Shown here piece by piece: positions 1 through 10,411 of a stretch of 30,413 nt of DNA. The DNA lies in the NCBI GenBank assembly GCA_045863855.1, contig BTVV01000073.1:1-30413 (forward strand). The letters are read 5' to 3'. The translations under genes were made by a program, and so were the position numbers. The DNA is from Planctomycetota bacterium. Its GTDB lineage: Bacteria > Planctomycetota > SZUA-567 > H5-PLA8. Numbering within the stretch: the stretch's first letter is position 1; each line of letters begins with the position of its first letter. The notes under the pieces are model-generated. The model saw nothing but the letters and a program-made list of their open reading frames with translations. It had not been told where the DNA came from and did no database searches.

Positions 1-1
1 T

Positions 2-241
2 GCCGAACGGATCGGCGAGCAGGTCGTTCTCGATTGCCACGTGCGCGAAAGCCAATCGATGGTGACGGGTCTGGTGGAGCAAATCGACCGCGGCGCCTAC
101 GATTTGGTGATGATGGGCGCAGGCGCCAAGGACATGGTCGAAAAGCTCAGCCTGGGTCCCAATATCGAAGCCGCATTGGATGAGGTGTCTTGCGCCATGG
201 TGGTGGTCATCCCCAAGGTGGGCTCCTCCGCAGGCCACTAA
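2..241 (+). CDS. 3' end of a universal stress protein (USP) domain protein, 5'-truncated by the window
   Basis: Frame is open from position 2 to TAA at 239-241. The C-terminus YDLVMMGA...LSLGPNIEAALDEVSCAMVVV matches the USP pattern DLvvmG...lGs...v.....c.vlvv. Confidence 0.7.
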   Translation, partial: AERIGEQVVLDCHVRESQSMVTGLVEQIDRGAYDLVMMGAGAKDMVEKLSLGPNIEAALDEVSCAMVVVIPKVGSSAGH

Positions 242-463
242 ACGCAAGGTTCGTATACTCGTCGAAAGCGTCGTACCGGCCGTTCGATCCCAGGGGCCGT
301 TTGGCGTCTGGCTAATGGCGCGAGAACGCCTGTTTCGGTTCGACACGATCGGATTCCGCGAAGATATACCTGCCTCCTTAGGGCTACATTTCCAAGCATA
401 GTCCTCGTTGCGAGTTGCAAGCCTGCTCAGCGAGTGCGCAAGGTGCATTCAATCTGCTAACTA

Positions 464-480
464 TTGGACGGGTAGTTGCT
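464..480 (+). promoter_or_regulatory. Possible sigma-54 (-24/-12) promoter upstream of the cox operon
   Basis: TTGGACGGGTAGTTGCT has exact GG-N10-GC spacing and a good TTGCT -12 element. The -24 element (TGGACG vs TGGCAC) is weak. Confidence 0.25.
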
Positions 481-552
481 TAACCCTTCGCTTCGGTGCG
501 CTGGATGACTCCGCTGGACGCGCCGTCATTTGTGCATTGGCGGTTGCAAACG

Positions 553-581
553 AGACCCTTTAAGGTATGCCCAAAGGGTCT
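553..581. promoter_or_regulatory. Perfect 9-bp inverted repeat (operator or leader hairpin) upstream of coxB
   Basis: AGACCCTTT (553-561), 11-nt spacer, AAAGGGTCT (573-581). The repeat is certain but its function is unknown. Confidence 0.45.
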
Positions 582-666
582 TATTCGCAGACCGCTCAGA
601 TCGTCCGCCCTCGCGTTTTGGGGTTGGGACGGCTTTGGTTAAAATTGGCTTTGGGGAGCCACCGGC

Positions 667-1458
667 ATGACTCCGCTGCTGTTTGTAGGCATGATCGGCG
701 CTCTGGTCGCGCTGACGCTTTATTTCTTCGCCACGAAGGCGCCGATTCTTCCTCCGCTGATATCCGAGCACGGCCAGTTGATCGACGACCAGATTTACCT
801 GACGCTGATCATCACCGGAGCGATCTTCACCATCGCGCAGTTGGGATTGGCATTCCTGGCCTACAAGTACCGCCACCGCGAGGGCGCCAAGGCGGAGTAC
901 CTGCTGGGCAGCCACAAGCTCGAGTACACGTGGTCGGCGGCGACGCTGGTGCTCTTCGTCGGATTGAACTTGATGGGCCAAAAGGTTTGGGCCGAGATGC
1001 ACCTGAACGAGCATCCCAAGCCGGCGATCGAGGTCGAGGTCACGGGCCTGCAGTTCAAGTGGTACATTCGCTATCCGGGCAAGGACGGCGTATTCGGCCG
1101 GCGCGACGTGAATCTGATCAACGACGCCGAAGGGAACTTCCTGGGCCTGGACAAGACCGATCCCAAGGGCGCCGACGACATCGTGATGGGTTCGCTGACC
1201 GTGCCGGTCGGCGTGCCGGTGGTGATGAAGATCGGCAGCCGCGACGTGATCCACAATTTCGGCGTCCGCGAACTGCGGGTCAAGCAGGATGCGGTACCCG
1301 GTCTGGCGGTTTACATCCCCTTCAAGGCCACGCAGACGGGATCGTACGAAGTCGCTTGCATGGAGTTGTGCGGGTACGGGCATTACCAGATGCGCAGCCA
1401 GTTGAATGTCGTCACGATGGCGGAGTACACGAAGTTTCTCGCGGATAACGCGCCGTAA
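667..1458 (+). CDS. coxB: Cytochrome c oxidase subunit II (CuA), no fused cytochrome c
   Basis: CuA ligands in DVIHNF and CMELCGYGHYQM; KQDAVPG; N-terminal TM helices with LEYTW; GGGGAG RBS. Confidence 0.97.
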   Translation: MTPLLFVGMIGALVALTLYFFATKAPILPPLISEHGQLIDDQIYLTLIITGAIFTIAQLGLAFLAYKYRHREGAKAEYLLGSHKLEYTWSAATLVLFVGLNLMGQKVWAEMHLNEHPKPAIEVEVTGLQFKWYIRYPGKDGVFGRRDVNLINDAEGNFLGLDKTDPKGADDIVMGSLTVPVGVPVVMKIGSRDVIHNFGVRELRVKQDAVPGLAVYIPFKATQTGSYEVACMELCGYGHYQMRSQLNVVTMAEYTKFLADNAP

Positions 1459-1511
1459 GCACGCGCGCCGTGCCGCGGGATCGCGCGCACCGTTGAAGAA
1501 GGAGTACGGGC

Positions 1512-3377
1512 ATGTCGGCTGAGTCGGCCGCAGAACACGTCCACGTTCACGAGCCGCCGTCCAGTTTCATCCGGCGGTGGATCTTCAGCACCGACCACAA
1601 GGTGGTCGGTATCCAGTATTGGATTCTGGCGCTGGTCGCCGCGTTCGTCGGCATGTGGTTGTCGGTCGTCTTCCGCCTGCATCTGGCCAACGAAGGCACG
1701 ATCGCGCAGCTCAACAACCAGCTCTCGGCCTTGGCGCCCGATAGCGCGCAGGCTCAGGCGCTGACCGAGCAGATTAAGGCGCTTCAAGCCAAGTGGTTCG
1801 TGCTATCGCCCGAGAAGTACCTCAGCTACCTGACCATGCACGGCACGATCCTGGTTTTCATGGTGCTCACCACCGCGCCGATGGGCGGCTTCGGGAACTA
1901 TTTCCTGCCGATCCAGATCGGCGCGCTCGACATGGCCTTCCCGCGTCTGAATATGCTTTCGATCTGGTTGACCATCCTTTCGTTCATCACGCTCATGGCC
2001 GCGTTCTTCGTGCCCGGCGGGCCGCCGAATTCGGGCTGGACGGGTTATCCGCCGCTCTCGGCGATTCCCGCGGCGCAAGGCAAAGGCTACGAAGGTCCGG
2101 GCGGTTACGGCCAGGACTTGTGGGTGCTCAGCATTGCGATCTTCTGCTTCGCTTCGCTGGTGGGCGCGATCAACTTCATCGTCACGACGCTCGACCTGCG
2201 CACCAAAGGCATGACGATGCTGCGCATGCCGTTGACGTGCTGGGCCTGGTTCGTCACGGCGATCCTCTCGCTGCTCTCCTTCGCGGTGCTGCTGGTGGCC
2301 GGGCTGCTGCTGCTGCTCGACCGCAACGCCGGGACCAGCTTCTTCATTCCGGGCGACCTCTTCTTTAACAAGCCGTTGGTCGACCACCGCGGCGGCAGTC
2401 CGATCCTGTTCCAACACCTGTTCTGGTTCTTCGGACATCCGGAAGTGTACATCGCGATCGTGCCGGGGATGGGGCTGGTGAGCCATCTGCTGAGCACTTT
2501 CGCGCGCAAGCCGGTCTTCGGCTACGCGGCAATGGTCTTCGCGATCTTCGGCATCGGGATCGTCGGGTTCTTCGTCTGGGGCCACCATATGTTCCAGTCG
2601 GGGATGAGCCCCTACGTTTCCGTGGCATTCAGCGTGATGACGATGGTCGTCGGCGTGCCGTCGGCGATCAAGACGTTCAACTGGCTGGGCACGTTGTGGG
2701 GCGGGAATATCCGCTTCACGAGTCCCATGCTGTACGCCTTGGGTTTCGTCTCGCTATTCGTGACCGGTGGAATCGGCGGCATCTTCCTGGGCCAGAACGC
2801 CGTCGATATTTACTTCCACGACACCTACTTCGTGGTCGGGCACTTCCACCTGATCATGGGCGTCGCGGCGATCTTCGCGATGTTCGCCGGAACGGCCTTC
2901 TGGTTTCCCAAGATGTTCGGCCGGATGATGAACGAGCCGCTGGGCAAGATCCATTTCTGGATTACGTTCGCGGGCGTGAACGTCATCTTTATCACCATGC
3001 ACCTGATGGGTCTGGAAGGGCATCCGCGCCGCTACAGCGGGTTCAACTACGACTTCCTGAGCAGCGACTACATGGTTACCTGCCATAAGATCGTGACGCA
3101 CACGGCGATCCTTACGGCAACCACGCAGCTTCTGCTGCTGGTGAATATCGTGTACAGCCTCTTCGCGGGCCCGAAGGCGCCGGACAATCCGTGGGAAGCG
3201 ACCAGCCTGGAATGGGCGATCCCGTCTCCGCCGCCGTTCGAAAACTTCAAGGGCGGACACGTGCCGGACGTGCACCACGGCCCGTACGAGTTCAGCGTGC
3301 CGGGCGCGGCGAAGGACTACATCATGCAGCAGGAGCCGCCTGAAGCGCGGCCGGCTACCGCGCCGTCTGCGCACTAG
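1512..3377 (+). CDS. coxA: Cytochrome c oxidase subunit I, A1-type heme-copper oxidase
   Basis: STDHK, TMHG, DMAFPRLN (D-channel Asp), FWFFGHPEVY (A1 signature), VWGHHMF, PSAIKTFNW (K-channel Lys), HDTYFVVGHFH, HPRRY; AAGGAG RBS. Confidence 0.98.
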   Translation: MSAESAAEHVHVHEPPSSFIRRWIFSTDHKVVGIQYWILALVAAFVGMWLSVVFRLHLANEGTIAQLNNQLSALAPDSAQAQALTEQIKALQAKWFVLSPEKYLSYLTMHGTILVFMVLTTAPMGGFGNYFLPIQIGALDMAFPRLNMLSIWLTILSFITLMAAFFVPGGPPNSGWTGYPPLSAIPAAQGKGYEGPGGYGQDLWVLSIAIFCFASLVGAINFIVTTLDLRTKGMTMLRMPLTCWAWFVTAILSLLSFAVLLVAGLLLLLDRNAGTSFFIPGDLFFNKPLVDHRGGSPILFQHLFWFFGHPEVYIAIVPGMGLVSHLLSTFARKPVFGYAAMVFAIFGIGIVGFFVWGHHMFQSGMSPYVSVAFSVMTMVVGVPSAIKTFNWLGTLWGGNIRFTSPMLYALGFVSLFVTGGIGGIFLGQNAVDIYFHDTYFVVGHFHLIMGVAAIFAMFAGTAFWFPKMFGRMMNEPLGKIHFWITFAGVNVIFITMHLMGLEGHPRRYSGFNYDFLSSDYMVTCHKIVTHTAILTATTQLLLLVNIVYSLFAGPKAPDNPWEATSLEWAIPSPPPFENFKGGHVPDVHHGPYEFSVPGAAKDYIMQQEPPEARPATAPSAH

Positions 3378-3449
3378 TCATGGTTTCAGGGGCGTCGCGG
3401 TTCGGGCCGGATGCGGCGTGGGAGCAGGGGTAGAAAGCGAAGCGGAGCG

Positions 3450-4124
3450 ATGGCTGCGCTGGAGATTCGAGAGGCGCCCATAGCGGCGCCGATTCGCTTG
3501 GCCGACGGCGCCGGCGGGCCTTCGAGTCCGGCGGGGGGCTCGGGAGGCGGCGGAGACGGCGACGGCGGGAAGGGCCAGCATCTGCCGCGGCGGACGTACT
3601 TCACCGCGCTGTGGCTGGCCATGGCCGGTTCGTTCATGATCTTCGCGGCGCTGGCGAGTTCGTACATCGTCCGGCGCGGGTTGGGCGGGGACTGGCAGGC
3701 GCTGAACCTGCCGCCAATCCTCTGGTTCAACACGCTGGCATTGCTGGGCAGCAGCGCGCTGGTGGAATGGGCTCGGCGTGGCCTGGCGGCGGGACGGCGG
3801 GACGCGTTTCGCATGCGGTGGTTGAGCGGGACGACGCTGGGGTTGATGTTCTTGGGCGGGCAGGGCGTGGCGTGGTGGGAACTGCACCGCGCGGGCATGA
3901 CGCTCTCGGCGAACATCAGCGCATCGTTCTTTTACGTGCTGACGGTGGCCCATGCGCTGCACGTACTGGTAGGAGTGGGCGCGCTGCTGTACGTGGCGGC
4001 CTTGGCGTTAAAGGGCCGGGCGGAAGCGAAGGGCGGCTTGGCCGCGGACCTCTCCGCCTTGTACTGGCATGTCCTGGATGGCGTCTGGTTGTGCGTCTTC
4101 GGTTTGATGCTTGTGTGGAGGTGA
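3450..4124 (+). CDS. coxC: Cytochrome c oxidase subunit III family protein (first paralogue)
   Basis: FAALASSY, NTLALLGSS, FFYVLTVAHALHV, YWHVLDGVW. Start placed at ATG 3450 behind GGAG. Confidence 0.9.
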   Translation: MAALEIREAPIAAPIRLADGAGGPSSPAGGSGGGGDGDGGKGQHLPRRTYFTALWLAMAGSFMIFAALASSYIVRRGLGGDWQALNLPPILWFNTLALLGSSALVEWARRGLAAGRRDAFRMRWLSGTTLGLMFLGGQGVAWWELHRAGMTLSANISASFFYVLTVAHALHVLVGVGALLYVAALALKGRAEAKGGLAADLSALYWHVLDGVWLCVFGLMLVWR

Positions 4125-4131
4125 ATCACCC

Positions 4132-4809
4132 TTGAGCGAAGCGACGGCGGAAAAGGCCGTGGAGGGCGCGGCGCCCGCGGCAGCGGCGGCAGCCCATGCG
4201 CCCGTTAAGTCCGATCCTTGGTACGGCGGCGTGGCCCCTTTCGGCACCGACTCCAAGAAGTTCGGCATGTGGCTGTTCATCATGTCCGACTCGATCACGT
4301 TCGCGGCGATCTTGATGGCCTATACGTATATGCGCATCGCCGATCCGGACTGGCCGCTGGTCTTCAATGCCCAGAGCGTGACGCTCTCGACGATCATGAC
4401 GTTTGTGCTGTTGAGCAGTTCGCTGACGATGGTGCTGGGCGTCGCCGCGGCCGAGGCCGGGAATCGCAAGCGAGCGGCGGCCTGGATCTTCGCCACTGCC
4501 TTTGGCGGGGTTGCCTTTACCGTGATTCACGCCTGGGAATGGTCGCACGTGATCCACGACCTGCCCGAAGGAGCCATGCCCATGATGTGGGGTTGCTTCT
4601 TCGCCGCCACCGGCATGCACATGCTGCACGTCACCATCGGCGTAGGTTATCTGGTGGTCCTTGGAGTGGCTTACCTCTCGGGCAAGTTCAAGCCGGTCGA
4701 TGTCGAAGTCGCGGGACTGTACTGGCACTTCGTCGACTTGGTCTGGATGTTCGTATTCCCGTTGATCTACTTGATGTCCACGGACATGACCAAGGGCTTC
4801 GGGCACTGA
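4132..4809 (+). CDS. coxC: Cytochrome c oxidase subunit III family protein (second paralogue)
   Basis: KFGMWLFIMSD, MTFVLLSSSLTM, TGMHMLHV, GLYWHFVDLVWMFVFPLIYL. TTG start at 4132 behind GGAGGTGA. Confidence 0.93.
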   Translation: MSEATAEKAVEGAAPAAAAAAHAPVKSDPWYGGVAPFGTDSKKFGMWLFIMSDSITFAAILMAYTYMRIADPDWPLVFNAQSVTLSTIMTFVLLSSSLTMVLGVAAAEAGNRKRAAAWIFATAFGGVAFTVIHAWEWSHVIHDLPEGAMPMMWGCFFAATGMHMLHVTIGVGYLVVLGVAYLSGKFKPVDVEVAGLYWHFVDLVWMFVFPLIYLMSTDMTKGFGH

Positions 4810-4841
4810 TTGGAACGTTTACACTTTAAGGATACGCCGCG

Positions 4842-5159
4842 ATGAGCGACCACGGCGCCGGGCATACCGCGCATCACGAGTTCAACCTGAAGGAGAACCT
4901 GGGGAACTGGTTCTTCCTGCTGGCGTTGACCTTGCTGGAAGTCTGGCTGGCCTACATTCACCTGCCGCCGGTCACGATGCTGGTGACGCTGTTGGGTCTT
5001 TCGGGGCTCAAGGCGGCGGGGATCATTGCGATCTTCATGCACATGAAGTTCGAGAAGCTGAGTTTCGTGCTGGTGGTCGTCTCGCTGACGGTGCTGACCA
5101 TCGCCCTGATGCTGATCATCGTGCCGGACGCGTACGTTCTGCAGAACTATCGCTGGTAA
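4842..5159 (+). CDS. coxD: Prokaryotic cytochrome c oxidase subunit IV family protein
   Basis: 105 aa with three hydrophobic helices; LTLLEV, KA..I...FMHMKFE motif; position after subunit III. Confidence 0.88.
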   Translation: MSDHGAGHTAHHEFNLKENLGNWFFLLALTLLEVWLAYIHLPPVTMLVTLLGLSGLKAAGIIAIFMHMKFEKLSFVLVVVSLTVLTIALMLIIVPDAYVLQNYRW

Positions 5160-5188
5160 GGCTCGGGATGGAGAGGGGAGGGTTCGCC

Positions 5189-5455
5189 ATGCGCCGCAGA
5201 CTTCGAACGCTCACCGCCTGTGCCGTAGCCGGTCTGCTGGCGGCGCCCACCGCTTGGGCGCAGGGCTGCCCGATGTGCCGCGAAGCCGCCGGCGCGCTCC
5301 CCGCCGAAGGCCAGCAGGCGTTGAACCTCGGCATCCTGATGCTGCTGCTCCCGCCTCTCGCCGTAATGCTGACCTTCACGTACGGCGTCTACCGCTACAT
5401 CAAGGCCGACCGCTTGGCCGCCGGCACGCCGGGCGTAAACCCCGAGATCGTGTAG
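5189..5455 (+). CDS. Small exported membrane-anchored protein with an N-terminal CxxC (AQGCPMC)
   Basis: Sec-like signal peptide MRRRLRTLTACAVAGLLAAPTAWA, then QGCPMC and a C-terminal TM helix (GILMLLLPPLAVMLTFTYGVY). GGGGAGGG RBS; 29 bp after coxD. Confidence 0.75.
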   Translation: MRRRLRTLTACAVAGLLAAPTAWAQGCPMCREAAGALPAEGQQALNLGILMLLLPPLAVMLTFTYGVYRYIKADRLAAGTPGVNPEIV

Positions 5456-5497
5456 CATTCGTGCGAGTCGCCGTTCGATGGTTAGGCCGCCGGCTCG

Positions 5498-5528
5498 TCC
5501 AAAATCCAAAATCTGAAATCCAAAATCG
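5498..5528. repeat. Short tandem heptamer repeat, about 4.5 copies
   Basis: TCC-AAAATCC-AAAATCT-GAAATCC-AAAATCG in the intergenic region. Confidence 0.8.
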
Positions 5529-5584
5529 GAGCCCCTGCGGCTATCCTCCCCCTTTTGCCGGAAAGGCATCCTGAGGAGCAAACG

Positions 5585-6664
5585 ATGGCCACTTACAAGA
5601 TCGCGGTGATGGCAGGAGACGGGATCGGGAACGAGACGATTCCGGAGGCGCTGAAGGTATTGGAGGCCGCGCGGAAAAAGTTCGGCGGTTTCGAACTGGC
5701 GTGCACCGAACTGCCCTGGAACAGCGACTTCTACGTAAAGCACGGGCGGATGATGCCGGAGGACGGCATCCAGCAGCTCAAGGCCTACGATGCGATCCTC
5801 TTCGGCGCGGTGGGCGATGCGCGCGTGCCGGAGCACGTCAGCGTCGCGCAGACGATTCTGGCGATGCGCCGTGGGCTGGACCAGTGGGCGAACATCCGTC
5901 CCGCGCGCTTGCTGCCAGGCGCGCCGTGTCCCTTGAAGGACAAGCATCCCGGGCAGATCGATTTTGTGGTCGTGCGCGAGAACACGGAAGGCGAGTACGC
6001 CGATGTGGGCGGCAACGTCTTTGCCGGCACCGAGAACGAGATCTCGGTGCAGAGCGCGGTCTTTACGCGCCGGGGTTGCGAGCGGATCATCCGCTACGGC
6101 TTCGATCTGGCGCGCAAGCGCAAAGCGTCCGGTGTGGGCAAGGGGCAGCTTATCTCGGTCAGCAAGCACAACGCCCAGCGCCATAGCCAGGTCTTCTGGC
6201 ACCGCGTCTTCGAGGATGTGCGCGAGCAGTATCCGGATATCGAGTCGCGCTTCCTGTACGTGGACGCCGCGTGCATGGATATGGTCCGCAAGCCGGAAAC
6301 CTTCGACGTGCTGGTGGCGAGCAACCTTTTCGGCGACATCCTGACCGATCTGGCCGGCGTCGTCGTCGGCGGCCTGGGCATCGCGCCCAGCGCGAACTTG
6401 AACCCCGACCGTGTCGCGCCCAGCATGTTCGAGCCCGTCCACGGGAGCGCTCCGGATATTGCAGGGAAGGGTATCGCCAATCCGCTGGGCTCGGTGATGG
6501 CCGGCGCCATGATGCTCGATTTCCTCGGCCAGGACCGCGTGGCGCAGGCCATCGTGAAGTCCGTGGAGAGCGTGCTTTCCGATCCCAAGGGCCCCAAGAC
6601 GCCGGACTTCGGCGGGAAGGCGAAGACTCGGGAGATCGGCGACGAGCTTGCGCGCAGGCTCTAA
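5585..6664 (+). CDS. Tartrate dehydrogenase / D-malate dehydrogenase (isocitrate/isopropylmalate dehydrogenase family)
   Basis: GDGIG, GRMMPEDG..QLK.YDAILFGAVG, VVRENTEGEY, SNLFGDILTDL, GIAPSANLNP, SMFEPVHGSAPDIAGKGIANP. It resembles the TtuC/DmlA branch more than LeuB. GAGGAG RBS. Confidence 0.85.
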   Translation: MATYKIAVMAGDGIGNETIPEALKVLEAARKKFGGFELACTELPWNSDFYVKHGRMMPEDGIQQLKAYDAILFGAVGDARVPEHVSVAQTILAMRRGLDQWANIRPARLLPGAPCPLKDKHPGQIDFVVVRENTEGEYADVGGNVFAGTENEISVQSAVFTRRGCERIIRYGFDLARKRKASGVGKGQLISVSKHNAQRHSQVFWHRVFEDVREQYPDIESRFLYVDAACMDMVRKPETFDVLVASNLFGDILTDLAGVVVGGLGIAPSANLNPDRVAPSMFEPVHGSAPDIAGKGIANPLGSVMAGAMMLDFLGQDRVAQAIVKSVESVLSDPKGPKTPDFGGKAKTREIGDELARRL

Positions 6665-6688
6665 CTTGTACCTCTTCCAGGTCTTTTG

Positions 6689-6730
6689 CTGGAAACTGGA
6701 ATCCGGAAACAGGAAACAGGAAACTGGATC
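6689..6730. repeat. Short tandem heptamer repeat, 6 copies
   Basis: CTGGAAA-CTGGAAT-CCGGAAA-CAGGAAA-CAGGAAA-CTGGATC between the dehydrogenase and aroK. Confidence 0.85.
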
Positions 6731-6751
6731 GGTCGGTCTGGCGGAGCGTCC

Positions 6752-7303
6752 ATGAACATCGTCCTGATCGGCCTGCGCGCAACGGGGAAGTCGACCTGCG
6801 GCAAGCTGCTCGCGCGGCGGCTGAGTTGGGACTTCGTGGATACGGATGAGCTGGTCTGCGAGCGCGCGTCCAAGACGGTGCGCGAGATTTTCGCCGAAGG
6901 CGGCGAGGCGCTCTTTCGGGATCTCGAGTCCGAGGTGGTTAAGCAGGTCGCGCGAAAGGCCGATACGGTGATCGCCACCGGCGGCGGCGCGATTCTGGAC
7001 CCCGAGAACGTCGAAGACTTGCGGCGCCAGGGTTTTGTGGTGCACTTGCAGGCCAGCCCCCGCGAACTGGCGCGGCGCATCGAAGCCGATACCAACAGCC
7101 ACGCGCTGCGCCCGGCGTTGCTGGGCGCCCAGACCTCCCAGCTCGAGGAACTCCAGAAGCTGATGCTCTCCCGAGCCAGCAAGTACAACGAAGCGCGCGA
7201 TGTGGAGGTGCAGGTCGAAGGGCGCACCCCCGACCAGGTTGCCGAGGCGATCCTGCTGCTCATGCGCGCTCGCGGTGTGCTGGGCCGCGACTCGCGCGCC
7301 TGA
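6752..7303 (+). CDS. aroK: Shikimate kinase
   Basis: NIVLIGLRATGKST P-loop, FVDTD, GEALFRDLE, VIATGGG, RPAL. Start at ATG 6752 behind GGAG. Confidence 0.93.
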   Translation: MNIVLIGLRATGKSTCGKLLARRLSWDFVDTDELVCERASKTVREIFAEGGEALFRDLESEVVKQVARKADTVIATGGGAILDPENVEDLRRQGFVVHLQASPRELARRIEADTNSHALRPALLGAQTSQLEELQKLMLSRASKYNEARDVEVQVEGRTPDQVAEAILLLMRARGVLGRDSRA

Positions 7304-7358
7304 GCCCGCCCGGGAATACCGTTCGCCGCGCGCGCCATATACCTTCGATGCGGGGCGA

Positions 7359-7386
7359 TTGACACCCCTGAGGCGTGTGATACGGT
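7359..7386 (+). promoter_or_regulatory. Putative sigma-70 promoter of trxA
   Basis: TTGACA (7359-7364), 16 bp, TACGGT (7381-7386) with an extended -10 TG. Confidence 0.55.
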
Positions 7387-7459
7387 CCAGCCTTGCCCGC
7401 AAAGCCGGTCGTCCGGTGGGCATGCGTGACGAACGACACGATACGAGAGGAGCACGAAC

Positions 7460-7792
7460 ATGGGCGCTGCAACGGTGGCCGTGACCGACAGCACGTGGGA
7501 AGCCGAGATCGAGAACTTTCAGGGCTACGCTTTGGCCGATTTCTGGGCCGAATGGTGCGGTCCGTGCAAAATGATCGCCCCGACGCTGGATGAACTGGCC
7601 GGCGAGTACGGCGCGAAGCTCAAAATCGCCAAGCTCGACGTCGACAGCAACGGCGAAGTGGCCGGGAAGTTCGGGATCCGCTCGATCCCCTGCCTGATCC
7701 TGTTCAAGAACGGGCAGGAAGTCGACCGCCTGGTTGGCGCGCACAACAAGGCCGCGTTGAAGCAGTGGATCGATCAGAAGACCGCCGGCTAA
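7460..7792 (+). CDS. trxA: Thioredoxin
   Basis: DFWAEWCGPCKMIAP, GIRSIP; 110 aa; GAGGAG RBS. Confidence 0.97.
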   Translation: MGAATVAVTDSTWEAEIENFQGYALADFWAEWCGPCKMIAPTLDELAGEYGAKLKIAKLDVDSNGEVAGKFGIRSIPCLILFKNGQEVDRLVGAHNKAALKQWIDQKTAG

Positions 7793-7820
7793 GCCGTACG
7801 TAAGAGATCGCGCTAAAACG

Positions 7821-7844
7821 AACCCCGCTCCGGCGGGGTTTTTT
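7821..7844 (+). terminator. Rho-independent terminator after trxA, possibly bidirectional
   Basis: AACCCCGC-TCCG-GCGGGGTT stem-loop followed by TTTT, with an A-rich run upstream. It lies between convergent genes. Confidence 0.88.
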
Positions 7845-7912
7845 AATGCCCCATGCCAACCGGCGGCCTCGAGGCGAACGTACAGCGTCTTGAGTTCAGG
7901 AAAGCAGGTGCG

Positions 7913-10321
<2,409 letters not shown>

Positions 10322-10381
10322 AACCTCGGCGGGTCTTAGGCTCAATTAGGTATCGTGCTGTCACGATGGCTCGACTTAGGG

Positions 10382-10411
10382 ATTATCGGGGGCTCCTTGC
10401 GGGTGCGTCAA
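10382..10411 (-). promoter_or_regulatory. Putative sigma-70 promoter of the P1B ATPase gene
   Basis: Minus-strand TTGACG-N18-GATAAT with A/T tracts (10413-10428) just upstream, like an UP element. Confidence 0.55.

Noticed and set aside
5544..5577. Possible RBS-sequestering structure before the dehydrogenase (TCCTC pairing with GAGGA around a TGCC-GGAAA-GGCA hairpin)
   Set aside because: Stems are only 4-5 bp and match no riboswitch I recognise; this is expected by chance.
5498..6730. Heptamer arrays as CRISPR remnants
   Set aside because: Units are 7 bp, directly tandem, with no spacers and no cas genes.
5147..7744. 865-aa minus-strand ORF spanning four genes and three intergenic regions
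   Set aside because: The four + strand genes (5189, 5585, 6752, 7460) share one frame and this ORF is their codon-aligned antisense. TTA, CTA and TCA codons are rare in GC-rich genes, so stops are scarce. It has no recognisable motifs.
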